DNA from: Dehalococcoidia bacterium
GTDB lineage: Bacteria > Chloroflexota > Dehalococcoidia > Bin125
Assembly (NCBI GenBank): GCA_963555985.3
Contig: OY820591.1
Location: 192,001-256,000, forward strand
Length of the DNA: 64,000 nt
Direction: 5' to 3'
The notes beneath the pieces were generated by a model. It was not told the origin of the DNA. It searched no databases and saw nothing but the letters and a program-made list of their open reading frames with translations. This document shows, in pieces, positions 40,233 through 50,956 of the stretch. The translations under genes were made by a program, and so were the position numbers. The stretch's first letter is position 1; every line of letters starts with the position of its first letter.

Positions 40233-43200
40233 ATGGGCGGAATCTTCAGTTCGTTGCCGACCGCCTTCCGCATCGCCGTGCGGCGGCTCAACGGCAACCG
40301 CCGGCTCATGGCCGCTGTCGCGATCGGCGTGATCCTCGCCGTCGCCCTGATGGCCTCAACCACGATCTACCGCAACGCCCTCCAAGACCTGGGGCTGCAA
40401 ACCGACCTGCGCCGCTCCAGCGACGCGGAGTTGGATGTGCGCATTCTCAACGCCGCGCACGGCCTCTCCGGCGATCTGGCGAACGATTCCTTCGAGACGA
40501 TCGACCGCCGCCTGCGCATTCCGCGCCAATACCTGGGCGAGATCAATCACTCCCTGACCACCGCCACCTTCTTCATGACCCAGGTTGGCGAAATCCCACC
40601 CGAACAGGACCCGCGCGATCGCGCCCGCGTGCTCTGGTTTGAGAACGTCCGGGATCATATCGAAGTCGTCGCCGGACGCTTCCCCGATCCGGCATCTCCC
40701 GCCACGCCTGACACCCAGCCCACTGTAGAAGTCGCGATCGGTGAGAAAGCCGCCGCCGCGGGTGGGTTCGAGCTCGGCCAGACCCGCGCCGTCCACGCCT
40801 CCTGGCGCGACGACACCGAACCAATCCTGATCACCGTGGTGGGGATCGTGCGCCCAATCGACTACACCGAGCGCTACTGGGGCGTGCGCCGCGACCACTT
40901 CCTTGTCCCGACCGAGAAGACCGACGCCTTCGCCTTCTTCGCGCCGCGCGAGACGCTGATCGGAGCGATGGCCGGGTTCATGCCCGAACTGCGGGCGCGC
41001 TTGGAAGTCTCCGCGCAGGTGGAACGCCGCCAGTTCGTGGCCGACGAAGCCGGTCTCGCGGCGCTGCGTTTCCGCGCCGCCTTTGAGGCTGTGACCAAGG
41101 AGATCGAGCGCACTCGGATCGAGACCGAGATCGTCAATGTGCTCGAGAACTACGAGACCAAGGAGTTCTTCTCCTCGATCCCCCTGCTCGTGCTCACATT
41201 GCAGATCGTCGGGATCGTGCTCTTCTATCTGGTCTTGGTCTCGACGATGGTGGTTGAGCGGCAGTCGGCCGAAGTCGCGCTGCTCAAGAGCCGCGGTGCC
41301 GGACTCGGCCACATCATGTCGATCTCGACGCTTGAAGGTCTGCTGCTGGTCGCGCTGGCATTGGGGGTTGGGCCGATTCTGGCACGCGAAGCGATCGGCT
41401 GGCTGGGCTACAGTCCTGCCTTCGAAGGACTCACCGGTGGTGCGCGGCTGACGGTGGAGCTGACCGGCGAGACCTACATCTGGGCCGGGATCGGCGCGGC
41501 GCTCAGTTTCATCGCCCTGCTCTGGCCGGCCTGGCGCTCGAATCGCGCCACCGTAGTGCATTACGCCCGCGCGACTTCGCGGCCCGAGGATAAGCCCGTC
41601 TTCCAGCGCTACTACCTCGACCTCGTCGTCGTCGGCGTCGGCGCACTGCTCTTCTTCCAGTTGCAGGACAGCGGCTCGCTGGTGACCGAGGATCTGTTTG
41701 GGGGCTTGCAGCAGGATCCGTTGCTCCTGATCGCCCCGGCCGTGTTCGTGGTCACCGTTGCTGTGCTCTTCCTGCGCTTGTTCCCGCTGATGCTGAGCGG
41801 GTTCGCCTGGATCGCGCGGCTGCTGGGCGGCGCCTCGTTGCAGATGGTGCTCTGGCATCTCACGAGGGCTCCGGTGCAGCCCGGACGCCTTGCGCTGCTG
41901 CTGATCATGGCGACCTCTCTGGGCATGTTCGGCGGCACCTTCGGGGCGACCCTGGACAAGTCCTTTGATGATCGCGCCAGCTATCAAGCGGGTACCGCCC
42001 TGCGTCTGGCCGATCTGCGCTCGGGCGGCGCCTCGGCGCAGATGTTGGAGGCGGACTTGGCCGAAGCGCCCGGCGTCGCGCACGCCTCCTACGTCGTCCG
42101 CGCTAACGCCTCCTATTCGCGCGGCGCGCTCGATGTGACCGACGCCACCCTGCTTGGGGTTGAGCCGGAGTCGTTTGCCGAGGTGCTCTGGTACCGCGAC
42201 GACTTCTCGGTTCAGGACGCGCGTGAACTGCTGCAACGTGTGACTACAGATGTCGTCGAACCGCCTCGGATCGAGATTCCGGCGGATGCCAAGTACGTCG
42301 GGCTCTGGCTCTGGCTGCCCGAGAGCAGCGGCTCGCTCAGTCCCTCGCTTCGTCTGCGTGACGCGAACGGACGCTACCGCGACGTGAGTTTGCGCGGTCT
42401 GCCGCGCGGACGCTTCGGCGGCGGACAGTTCGAAGAGGGATGGCGCTTCATTGCCGGCGACCTCCACGCAGGCTCCGGTCAGCCCCATCTCGGCCCCTGG
42501 TCGTTGCAGGCCGTCTCGATCCGCGCCGGTGGCTTCTCCAGCTTCTCGGGACGACTGATCTACGACGCGATCCAATACTCGACCCAAGACCAACTCCCCG
42601 AAGACTGGCTCGAGCGCGGTTTCGATGACGGTGTGATCATCGAGAGCTTTGAGGATGAGGGCCGTTGGACGGTCTTTACGGACATCGCACGCGAACCGCT
42701 GCCCGACGATGCGCGTCTCTCCGGCGACAACGTATGGCACGGCGAGTCGGCCATGCGCTACACCTGGACGCGGCAGATCCGGGCGGGGGTTCCGCGTGGC
42801 GTGCGGCTGGTTGGGCCCGAAGCGGCCGTTCCCGTGATCGTGAGCAATCAGTTTCTGACCGAGGCCGGACTGGATCAGGGTCAGATCGTGCTGATGGGCA
42901 TGTCGAACGTGTTCGTGCCCGTCAAGATCGTGGGTGCGTTCGATCTGTTCCCGACCTGGGATCCGAGCGGCAACCGCTCGTTGATCATCGCCGACCGCGA
43001 CTATCTCTTCTACCGCGTCAACCGCAATCCGACTACGGCCGGCGCGATTGCGCCCACGGAGATCTGGATCGAGCCGACCGACGAGGAGGGTTTGGCCCAG
43101 CTTCGGCGCTGGCTTGAGCTGAGCCCGCCCTGGCTGCATACCCCCTACGACGTCGACGCGATCCGCAATTTGCAGGATGAGGACCCGCTCGTCGCCGCCG

Positions 43201-43625
43201 GCTGGGAGGGTCTGCTCTTCCTCACCTTCATCGCGATTGTGCTGCTGAGCGCGCTTGGCTTCCTCGTCGCCTCAGTCCTGGTTGCCCAGCAGCAGCAGGG
43301 AGAGTTTGCCGTTTTGCGGACGATGGGCTTCTCGCTGCCGCAGGTGCTGCTCGTGGTCGGGGCCGAGAAACTGCTGATCATCTTCGTCTCGATGGCCTTG
43401 GGAACGCTGGTCGGCCTGCAACTGGGCACGATGATGCTGGAGTTCGTCGGTTTCGTCGAAACTGGCGAGACGGTGCTGCCGCCCTTCGTCACCGTGACGG
43501 ACTGGGCCACGATCGGCAGCGCCTACGGAGTGTTGGGGCTGGTCTTCCTGGGGGCGATTGCGATCATCGTCGCGCTCTACATGCGCATGACCATCGGCCA
43601 AGTCCTCCGCATCGGCGCAGAGTAA
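40233..43625 (+). CDS. FtsX-like ABC permease, paralog
   Basis: ERQSAEVALLKSRGAG, EFAVLRTMG; QRYYLDL, DPLLL shared with 36650-40069. Confidence 0.88.
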   Translation: MGGIFSSLPTAFRIAVRRLNGNRRLMAAVAIGVILAVALMASTTIYRNALQDLGLQTDLRRSSDAELDVRILNAAHGLSGDLANDSFETIDRRLRIPRQYLGEINHSLTTATFFMTQVGEIPPEQDPRDRARVLWFENVRDHIEVVAGRFPDPASPATPDTQPTVEVAIGEKAAAAGGFELGQTRAVHASWRDDTEPILITVVGIVRPIDYTERYWGVRRDHFLVPTEKTDAFAFFAPRETLIGAMAGFMPELRARLEVSAQVERRQFVADEAGLAALRFRAAFEAVTKEIERTRIETEIVNVLENYETKEFFSSIPLLVLTLQIVGIVLFYLVLVSTMVVERQSAEVALLKSRGAGLGHIMSISTLEGLLLVALALGVGPILAREAIGWLGYSPAFEGLTGGARLTVELTGETYIWAGIGAALSFIALLWPAWRSNRATVVHYARATSRPEDKPVFQRYYLDLVVVGVGALLFFQLQDSGSLVTEDLFGGLQQDPLLLIAPAVFVVTVAVLFLRLFPLMLSGFAWIARLLGGASLQMVLWHLTRAPVQPGRLALLLIMATSLGMFGGTFGATLDKSFDDRASYQAGTALRLADLRSGGASAQMLEADLAEAPGVAHASYVVRANASYSRGALDVTDATLLGVEPESFAEVLWYRDDFSVQDARELLQRVTTDVVEPPRIEIPADAKYVGLWLWLPESSGSLSPSLRLRDANGRYRDVSLRGLPRGRFGGGQFEEGWRFIAGDLHAGSGQPHLGPWSLQAVSIRAGGFSSFSGRLIYDAIQYSTQDQLPEDWLERGFDDGVIIESFEDEGRWTVFTDIAREPLPDDARLSGDNVWHGESAMRYTWTRQIRAGVPRGVRLVGPEAAVPVIVSNQFLTEAGLDQGQIVLMGMSNVFVPVKIVGAFDLFPTWDPSGNRSLIIADRDYLFYRVNRNPTTAGAIAPTEIWIEPTDEEGLAQLRRWLELSPPWLHTPYDVDAIRNLQDEDPLVAAGWEGLLFLTFIAIVLLSALGFLVASVLVAQQQQGEFAVLRTMGFSLPQVLLVVGAEKLLIIFVSMALGTLVGLQLGTMMLEFVGFVETGETVLPPFVTVTDWATIGSAYGVLGLVFLGAIAIIVALYMRMTIGQVLRIGAE

Positions 43626-43631
43626 CCAGCA

Positions 43632-43675
43632 TCCCCCGCACTGCGGGGGGATGTCACGTGGTGGCAGATGGAGGG
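43632..43675. repeat. Degenerate family B repeat
   Basis: tcccccgcactgcggggggatgtcacgtggtggcagatggaggg. Confidence 0.7.
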
Positions 43676-43757
43676 TCCGCTTTGTGGCCCCGATCGCGCC
43701 CCCGTCAACAGCAATCCCTGGAAACGTGAACAAAACCCGAACCGATCAATAGACTCC

Positions 43758-45179
43758 TCAGTCGCCGCCACCGCCGCCACCCACGCGCTCTTCGAGCCCA
43801 CTGTGTTGCGGTTCCCAGCGAGCGGCGATGTTGTTCACGACAACCGTAGCCGCAGTGCTCACTGCCGCCGCCGCTCGCGCGACGATGCTCTCCTCGACCA
43901 ACTCACCGTGCATAAAGGTTGAACGCAGGCGCGGCATCCCCACCGCCCACAAGACCAGGGCGGCGAAGAAGATGATGCCCGGGATAGTCAGCAGATAGCG
44001 GACATTGACGACATCCGAAGCCAGTCCGTTGGCGAGGATCATCAGGGCCATGATCCCGCCCGCGAACATCGCGTAGAGGCTCATCACCCGCCCGCGAATC
44101 GCGTCGGGCACGACGGCCTGGATCATCACGCTCGACAGAGCCATAAACATCGCCTGGGTCGCGCCGACCAGCGCCGCGCCGAGGATCGCAATCGGCAGGC
44201 TGCCCGCCAGTCCCAGGATCGGCATCAGTATGCCGCTGGACAAGCCACAGAAGAGCATCAGCCGACCCCGAATTGGCCCGCCCGGGACCATCGAGAGCGC
44301 CACGGTGGCGACCAACGCGCCGCCGCCCACGCCCATCACCAGGTAGCCGTATTCGTTCGCGCCGCCGTTGAGCACGTTCTTCGCAAACACGACCAGCAGC
44401 GCGTCGAACGACATCACCAACATGCAGTGCAGTGCCGTCAGCGCGATCAACATCCGCACACCGGGTGCCTCGCCCAGGTAACGCAGCCCTTCGCGGACGT
44501 GCGTCGCTGCGTCGCGAAGGATGCCTGAGGTCGTGCCGGCAGAGATCCCGCCCGTCGAGCGAACCTTGATCCGGGTCATCTGCCAGACAGAGAGCGCGAG
44601 TAGGATTGACGCGCCGAGGAAGACCCAGCCGGGCCCGAACTCGGCCAGCACCGGACCGGCGACCGGCCCGATCACGCGCGAGCCGAACTGCATCATCGAG
44701 GCCAGCGTGATCGCTGAGAGCAGCGCCGCCATCTTGACCGTGTTCGGCAGCAAGGCCGCTTGCGCGGGCATCTCGGCTGAGCGAATGATCCCCGAAAGCG
44801 CCGTAATCAGAATCAGGTTCCAGAGCGCGATCTCCCCGCTGAAGGCGAGCAACGCGAGCGCCAGCGCTAATATGCCTGCCCCGATCCGGCTGAGCATCAC
44901 CACCCGCGCGCGGTCGAAGCGGTCGGCCAGCGCACCGCCAATCGGAGCGAGCATCCACGGCCCAATCGCAGCGAAATAGACCACGCCGACGGCCCAACCG
45001 CTATCGGTCAGGTCACCCGCGAGCCAGCCGCGAGCCGTGATCATCGCCCACAGAGAAATCGCCGACAGCCCCGCCGCGTAGAAGAGCTTGCGGTACTCGA
45101 GCGACTCCATCGCCGGGAACATCCGCAGCAGACGGCCCTGAGGCTGCGTCTGCGTCTCTGTGGTCCCCAGTTGCGACAT
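43758..45179 (-). CDS. MFS transporter (DHA3-like)
   Basis: [10 protein letters not shown] motif A, 12 TMs, VPDAIRGRVMS. Confidence 0.9.
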   Translation of the reverse strand: MSQLGTTETQTQPQGRLLRMFPAMESLEYRKLFYAAGLSAISLWAMITARGWLAGDLTDSGWAVGVVYFAAIGPWMLAPIGGALADRFDRARVVMLSRIGAGILALALALLAFSGEIALWNLILITALSGIIRSAEMPAQAALLPNTVKMAALLSAITLASMMQFGSRVIGPVAGPVLAEFGPGWVFLGASILLALSVWQMTRIKVRSTGGISAGTTSGILRDAATHVREGLRYLGEAPGVRMLIALTALHCMLVMSFDALLVVFAKNVLNGGANEYGYLVMGVGGGALVATVALSMVPGGPIRGRLMLFCGLSSGILMPILGLAGSLPIAILGAALVGATQAMFMALSSVMIQAVVPDAIRGRVMSLYAMFAGGIMALMILANGLASDVVNVRYLLTIPGIIFFAALVLWAVGMPRLRSTFMHGELVEESIVARAAAAVSTAATVVVNNIAARWEPQHSGLEERVGGGGGGD

Positions 45180-45242
45180 CGATAGACTCCGCTCTCCGAC
45201 TGACCTCGCGGCGGCAGCTCGCCGTCCGCTCGGCGCTGAGGC

Positions 45243-46679
45243 CTATCCGCCCCCGCCCCCGCCTCCACCGCCGCTGCCCAGACGCTCCTCGACCACGCTC
45301 CGCTGCGGGGCCGGACGCGCCGCCAGAATCAACGGCCGCAGCGCAGCGCCGGCCGTCGCCGCCGCTTGTCGCGCCGCTTCCTGCGCCATGCGGCGGCCCT
45401 CTTCGATGAGTTCGCCGTTGCGAATCACTGATCGGATGCCCGGAAGGACCAGCGTCACGATCATGATTCCAGCGAAGATCAACCCGGGACCGATCAGCAA
45501 GGGGCGAATACTGATGTAGTCCGCTGCCAGTCCGTTCGCCAGGATCATGACCGCCATGATTCCGCCGGCGAACATCGCATACAGCGACATCACTCGGCCG
45601 CGTACGGAGTCTGGGACCACCGCCTGGATCATGGCGCTGGTCAGGACCATGAACATCGCCTGACTCGCACCCGCGATCACGCTGCCGATCAGCGCGATCA
45701 GCAGCGAATCGGCAAATCCCACCCAGACTAGCGACAGCCCCGAGAAGATCCCCGCGACCATGAATACTCGCCCGCGGATCGCGCCGATCGGCAGCATCGA
45801 CAGCCCCACCGACGAAACCAGCGCGCCACCGCCGAGCGCCATCAGCAGGTACCCGTATTCCGACTGCCCGCCGCCCAGAATCAGGTCCGCGTAGGCCGGC
45901 AACAGCGAGAAATCGAAGGCCATCGTGAACATGCAGTGCAACGAGACCATGATGATCATCAGCCGCACCGACGGAGCTCGACCGAGATAGCGCAATCCGT
46001 CGCGAATGTGTCCGGCGGTGTCGCGAAACACTCCACTGGCGTGGCCCTGGATGCCGCCGGTCGATCGAGTCGTCATTCGGGTCATTTGCAGGACCGACAG
46101 CAACAGGAAGAACGCTGCCCCGACGAACACCCACTCGGGGCCGAATGCTTGCAGGATTGGACCCGCAACCGGACCAACCACTTTGGACCCGAATTGCATC
46201 ATCGAGGCCATCGTGACCGCGCTCAGCAAGGCGTGCAGCTTGACCGTGTTCGGCAACAGCGCCTGCAGTGCCGGCATCTCACCCGAACGAATCACGCCCG
46301 AGATCAGCGTGATGATGACTAGATTCCAGATCGTGATCTGACCGCTGAATGCCAGGAAGGCAAGTCCGAGCGCGCAGGCTGCCGCTCCGCAGCGGCAGAT
46401 GATTACGATCCTGGCTCGATCGAAGCGGTCCGCCAGCGCACCCGCAAACGGCGCCAGCACCCATGGAAAAATCGCCGCAAACGTGACGATCCCGGTGCCG
46501 GATGGATTGCCGGTCAGCTCATAGCCCAGCCAGCCGCTGGCGACGATCATCGCCCACAGCGAAACGGAGGACAGCCCCGCCGCGTAGAACATGCGGCGAT
46601 ATTCGAGGTACTGCATCGCCGGGAAGATGCGCAGCAGTAGCCCCTGCGGTCTGACCTCTGCCTCGGCTTGCTGATTCAT
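45243..46679 (-). CDS. MFS transporter, paralog
   Basis: [21 protein letters not shown]; co-linear similarity with neighbour. Confidence 0.9.
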   Translation of the reverse strand: MNQQAEAEVRPQGLLLRIFPAMQYLEYRRMFYAAGLSSVSLWAMIVASGWLGYELTGNPSGTGIVTFAAIFPWVLAPFAGALADRFDRARIVIICRCGAAACALGLAFLAFSGQITIWNLVIITLISGVIRSGEMPALQALLPNTVKLHALLSAVTMASMMQFGSKVVGPVAGPILQAFGPEWVFVGAAFFLLLSVLQMTRMTTRSTGGIQGHASGVFRDTAGHIRDGLRYLGRAPSVRLMIIMVSLHCMFTMAFDFSLLPAYADLILGGGQSEYGYLLMALGGGALVSSVGLSMLPIGAIRGRVFMVAGIFSGLSLVWVGFADSLLIALIGSVIAGASQAMFMVLTSAMIQAVVPDSVRGRVMSLYAMFAGGIMAVMILANGLAADYISIRPLLIGPGLIFAGIMIVTLVLPGIRSVIRNGELIEEGRRMAQEAARQAAATAGAALRPLILAARPAPQRSVVEERLGSGGGGGGGGG

Positions 46680-46793
46680 TGGCCGTGCCTCGCTCAGTCC
46701 ACCGCATGGTACGGCTTGACGAACCTTCCTGACCAGTCCCTGCCGGTACGCTATCGGCGACACCACGGAATCCCATCCAGAGCAGGCAGTTCC

Positions 46794-48476
46794 ATGACCT
46801 CCACTGACCACCTCCGCGAACGCTCCAGCGTCCTCGTCGACGGCCCCAACCGCGCCGCCGCGCGCTCCCAGCTCTACTCCGTCGGCTACGACGATGAGGC
46901 GCTCTCCAAGCCGCTGGTGATGGTCGCCCACTCCTGGATCGGCACCATGCCCTGCAACTTCTCGCACCGCGAGCTGGCCCAGGACGTGATGCGCGGCATC
47001 CGCGAGGCCGGCGGCACCCCGATGGAGGTCAACACCGTCTCGATCTCCGACGGGATCACGATGGGCACCGAGGGCATGAAGGCCTCCCTGATTTCGCGCG
47101 AAATCATCACCGACTCAATCGAACTCTGCGCCGTCGGCTACGCCTTCGACGCCGCCGTGATCATCTGCGGCTGCGACAAGACCATCCCCGCCGCGGCGAT
47201 GGCCCTGGCCCGGATTAACATCCCCGGAGTGGCGCTCTACAGCGGCTCGATCGCGCCCGGACGCCACCACGACGGACGTGATCTCACGATCCAGGATGTC
47301 TTCGAGGCGGTCGGCCAGCACTCCGCCGGCACAATTGACGATGAAGAACTGCACCAGGTCGCGCTCAACGCCTGCCCGGGCGCGGGCGCCTGCGGCGCGC
47401 AGTACACCGCCAACACGATGGCGACTACGCTTGAATTCCTCGGCCTCTCGCCGATGGGCAGCGCGACCGTCGGCGCGACCGACCCGCGCAAGGCCAACGT
47501 CGGCGAAGCTGCGGGCCAGCTCGTGATGGACGCGCTCAAGCGCGGCGCGCGACCCCGCGATCTGCTGACCAAGGAAGCGCTCGAAAACGGCATCGTCTGC
47601 GCCGCCTCGACCGGTGGCAGCACCAACGTTGTCCTCCACCTGCTCGCGCTGGCGCGCGAGGCCGGAGTCGACCTGGACATCAACGACTTCGATCGAGTCT
47701 CCGAGCAGACCCCGTTGATCGGTGACCTGCGTCCCGGCGGCCGCTATGTCGCGTTGGATATGGATCGCGCCGGCGGCACGCCGCTCCTGGCCAAGACCCT
47801 GCTCGATGCCGGCAAGCTGCACGGCGACGCCATGACCATCACCGGCCAAACCATCGCCGAAGCCTGCGCCGACGCCGAGGAAACTCCCGGTCAGGACGTG
47901 ATCCTGCCGGTCGCCCAGGCGCTCAAGGAGACCGGAGGCCTGGTCATCCTCAAGGGCTCGCTCGCGCCCGAGGGCTGCGTCGTCAAGGTGGCCGGCTACG
48001 AGCGCCAGCTCCAGAGCGGTCCGGCCCGAGTCTTCGAGCGCGAGGAAGACGCAATGGCCGCCGTCACCAACAACGAGATCAACGCCGGCGATATCGTCGT
48101 CATCCGCTACGAAGGCCCCAAAGGCGGCCCCGGCATGAGAGAAATGCTCGGAGTCACGGCTGCCATCGTCGGAGCCGGCCTGGGCGAAAGCGTCGCTCTC
48201 CTCACCGACGGCCGCTTCAGCGGAGCCACCCGAGGCCTGATGGCCGGCCACGTCGCCCCCGAAGCCTTCGTCGGAGGCCCCATCGCCCTGGTCGAAGAAG
48301 GAGACCAAATCACCCTCGACATCGCCAATCGGGAGCTGAATCTGGATGTTGACGAGGCTGAGCTGGAACGCCGGCGGGCGGCCTGGAGTGCGCCGAGTCC
48401 GAACTACGAGAGCGGCGTGTTTGCGAAGTACGCTCGACTGGTCAGCGGTGCCGAACGCGGCGCGGTGACGAGTTAG
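46794..48476 (+). CDS. ilvD: Dihydroxy-acid dehydratase
   Basis: [49 protein letters not shown]. Confidence 0.96.
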   Translation: MTSTDHLRERSSVLVDGPNRAAARSQLYSVGYDDEALSKPLVMVAHSWIGTMPCNFSHRELAQDVMRGIREAGGTPMEVNTVSISDGITMGTEGMKASLISREIITDSIELCAVGYAFDAAVIICGCDKTIPAAAMALARINIPGVALYSGSIAPGRHHDGRDLTIQDVFEAVGQHSAGTIDDEELHQVALNACPGAGACGAQYTANTMATTLEFLGLSPMGSATVGATDPRKANVGEAAGQLVMDALKRGARPRDLLTKEALENGIVCAASTGGSTNVVLHLLALAREAGVDLDINDFDRVSEQTPLIGDLRPGGRYVALDMDRAGGTPLLAKTLLDAGKLHGDAMTITGQTIAEACADAEETPGQDVILPVAQALKETGGLVILKGSLAPEGCVVKVAGYERQLQSGPARVFEREEDAMAAVTNNEINAGDIVVIRYEGPKGGPGMREMLGVTAAIVGAGLGESVALLTDGRFSGATRGLMAGHVAPEAFVGGPIALVEEGDQITLDIANRELNLDVDEAELERRRAAWSAPSPNYESGVFAKYARLVSGAERGAVTS

Positions 48477-48489
48477 AAGTCCGATTGGC

Positions 48490-49359
48490 TCAACCGAGCC
48501 GACTAAGCAAGCGACTCAGTCGAGCAAGTGGTCGCCTGTCTAGCTGACGCTGAAGGTGAGCATTCTTACGTCTTAGGGAGTCTGTCCGCTCGCGCTCGCG
48601 TCTCAGTCCATGCCGAATCTCGTCGAGTTGGCGCTCCAGCGCATCTCGCTGGCGTTCACCTTCTTGGCGCTCTTGGAGGAGTCTGGTTTCCGCGTCTCTA
48701 AGTTGGCGCTGCAGTTTGTTGGCTTCGTCGCTCCGGTGCTGCAGTTTGAGGTGGCTATCCTCAATTTGTCGCTGTAGGTCCACATTCTTTTCCATCAGGC
48801 TTTGTAGGTCTTGCCTTTCAATCTCTGCAAAGAAATCGTCTCCATCTTGTTCTTTTCGATGAAACCACGGGCGAACGTCCCCGTCTCTAGGAGAGTCCTT
48901 CCAAACCCCACGCCGCTGAGTACGAGCAGTCAGTTCCGCTTCGCCAATGCCATATTCGTTGCGCCGATCATATCTCGGATCCCAATATGCCATTCCATTC
49001 AACGCCATGTGCCGATTGACTGAGTCATCGGCCGAGGAGTCGGAGGGATACACCAACCCTACCGTACGTCTGTAGTGGTCTTTGTCTTTGACAAGAAGGG
49101 TCCACTGGCTGTGCCCGTACATCAGTTTTGCGAGCAGGCCCGCAGCTTTATTCCCAAGAGGTTGAGCGTGTTCTGGTGCATCTATGCCGTATAGACGCAC
49201 TCTGGCAAGCTCACGCTTGCCCTCGATGTTTATCTCTAGTTCAAAGCTATCGCCGTCCTTGATTTCGAGCAATCGTGCCCCGTACGTCTTTCCTTTGATG
49301 AGCACGTGCCCCGCCCTCCTTTCCTGAGTCAATCGCAGCGGCTGATCAGAGACGGACAT
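48490..49359 (-). CDS. Thermonuclease (SNase) domain with C-terminal coiled coil
   Basis: DGDS, VRLYGIDAPE, D.YRRTVG, A...RRGVW, PW..R; lower GC. Confidence 0.88.
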   Translation of the reverse strand: MSVSDQPLRLTQERRAGHVLIKGKTYGARLLEIKDGDSFELEINIEGKRELARVRLYGIDAPEHAQPLGNKAAGLLAKLMYGHSQWTLLVKDKDHYRRTVGLVYPSDSSADDSVNRHMALNGMAYWDPRYDRRNEYGIGEAELTARTQRRGVWKDSPRDGDVRPWFHRKEQDGDDFFAEIERQDLQSLMEKNVDLQRQIEDSHLKLQHRSDEANKLQRQLRDAETRLLQERQEGERQRDALERQLDEIRHGLRRERERTDSLRRKNAHLQRQLDRRPLARLSRLLSRLG

Positions 49360-49392
49360 GCCATGCAAGATACACCCGAGGCTATGCGCGGA

Positions 49393-49983
49393 TCACCATC
49401 GCCGCCTCCGACGACGACTCCTCCTCCGACCACCACCCTGAGCCGACGCCTTCAGCATCAGCTTCATGAGCTCCACGAACAGTTTGAACACCCCGCCGAT
49501 GATGATCACCCACGGCGACTCCGCCGCCTCCCGCTTTCGCTTCCGATCCTCACGCTGGTACCTCCGGTGATCCCAGGGACGCACGGGATCCCGCTCACTC
49601 CAGACCCCCGCGCTCGCTCGCTTCGCAACCCGCTCCGAGCTGTCAAAGCCCAACTCTCTCCCGCCGTACTCGCGGTACCAGTAGGCCCAGCCCGCCTCGA
49701 CCATGAGATGGTTCGCCGATTGCCGAACCGATTCGCCCTCTGCGTACAACACTCCCACCAGCCGCTGATAACGGTCGACATCGACCACGCGCAAGCGCCA
49801 TTCACGGCGGCTGCGCACGACTCGATCCAGGTACTCATGTGACTCCCGGCCACCCCGCTGATCCTTCTCTGGCGCGTCGATCCCGTACATCCGCACCGAG
49901 TGCTCCCCACCGTCGGGCAGTCGCACCCTGACGGAATCCCCGTCAATCACCCGCACCACCCGAACCGGATAATCCTCGGCCAT
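49393..49983 (-). CDS. Thermonuclease (SNase) family protein
   Basis: VRVIDGDS, VRMYGIDAPE, DRYQR, PWDHRR; poly-Arg tail. Confidence 0.9.
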   Translation of the reverse strand: MAEDYPVRVVRVIDGDSVRVRLPDGGEHSVRMYGIDAPEKDQRGGRESHEYLDRVVRSRREWRLRVVDVDRYQRLVGVLYAEGESVRQSANHLMVEAGWAYWYREYGGRELGFDSSERVAKRASAGVWSERDPVRPWDHRRYQREDRKRKREAAESPWVIIIGGVFKLFVELMKLMLKASAQGGGRRRSRRRRRRW

Positions 49984-50016
49984 GACTTGGAGGATATCGG
50001 CGTTACCCTCCAGTGC
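49984..50016. promoter_or_regulatory. Back-to-back leaderless -10 promoters
   Basis: TATCCT (minus, 49991-96) and TACCCT (plus, 50004-09), each 7 nt from an ATG. Confidence 0.6.
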
Positions 50017-50805
50017 ATGACACGCATACAGATCTCTCCCGACCTCTCCCTCGACGCCGTGGACCGCGGCGACGGGCCTCTCTCCCTCCTCATCGCCGGC
50101 GGGTTCATGGACATGGATCAGTGGCAGCCCGTCGCGGAAGCCCTCCACGGCCGCGCCGTGCGCTATGACCAGCGCGGCGTCGGCGACTCCGATCACCCCA
50201 CCGAGGGCTACACGGTCGACCAGTTCGCCGACGACGCAATCGCCCTGATCCAGACCCTTGACGCTGGCCCTGCGCTGCTAATTGGCAACTCCTTGGGCGG
50301 CACGGTGGCGATGGCGGTAGCGCTCAAGGAGCCGTCGCTGGTACGCGGACTGGTCCTGTGCGCTACCTCCGCCGGCCCGCAGGGGCCGCCGACACCGCCG
50401 GAATCCATGCAGCGAATGATGCGCGGAGCGTCCCTGCCGGTGGAGCAGGCCGCCATGGCGATCATGGACATCCTCTTTGCGACCGACTTCATGGATGAGC
50501 ATCCGGAGCTACTGGATGCAGCGATCGAGAAGCGGCTCAAGGGCACGCCAATGATTGCCACACTGGGGCCGTTGCAGTCGGCGCTGATCTTCGATCCGCT
50601 CGAGGAACTGCGGAGTTTCGCTGCGCCGGCTCTGATCCTCCACGGAGAGGACGACGAACTCGTCCTCCCAGTCCACGCCGAGATCCTCGCCGAAGCGATC
50701 CCAAACGCAACCACACAGGTGATTGAGGACGGCGGTCATGCGCTGGTCGTAGAGCAGTCCGATGCAGTTGTAGCTGCAATCTCGGATTTCGCGTCAGGGC
50801 TGTAG
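50017..50805 (+). CDS. Alpha/beta hydrolase (3-oxoadipate enol-lactonase-like)
   Basis: YDQRGVGDS, GNSLGG, HGEDD, GGH. Confidence 0.9.
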   Translation: MTRIQISPDLSLDAVDRGDGPLSLLIAGGFMDMDQWQPVAEALHGRAVRYDQRGVGDSDHPTEGYTVDQFADDAIALIQTLDAGPALLIGNSLGGTVAMAVALKEPSLVRGLVLCATSAGPQGPPTPPESMQRMMRGASLPVEQAAMAIMDILFATDFMDEHPELLDAAIEKRLKGTPMIATLGPLQSALIFDPLEELRSFAAPALILHGEDDELVLPVHAEILAEAIPNATTQVIEDGGHALVVEQSDAVVAAISDFASGL

Positions 50806-50852
50806 TGGTCTGGTCTTCTCTCCCGGAGAAAGCTGCGAACAATACCGAATCT

Positions 50853-50945
50853 CGTCATACCCGCGCTTGCCGCGGGTATCTCGCCGTGACCTGCACCGTC
50901 GTCGCCAGCACATCGAGATTGCCGCGGCGGAGCGCGGCAATGACG
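50853..50945. repeat. Complete family A REP doublet between convergent genes
   Basis: cgtcatacccgcgcttgccgcgggtatctcg...cgagattgccgcggcggagcgcggcaatgacg. Confidence 0.85.
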
Positions 50946-50956
50946 GAACGATCGAT

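Noticed and set aside
40356-43139. Long antisense ORFs (927 aa here; also 2741-4288, 15274-17004, 22515-24098)
   Set aside because: Shadow frames of GC-rich genes with clear sense-strand products
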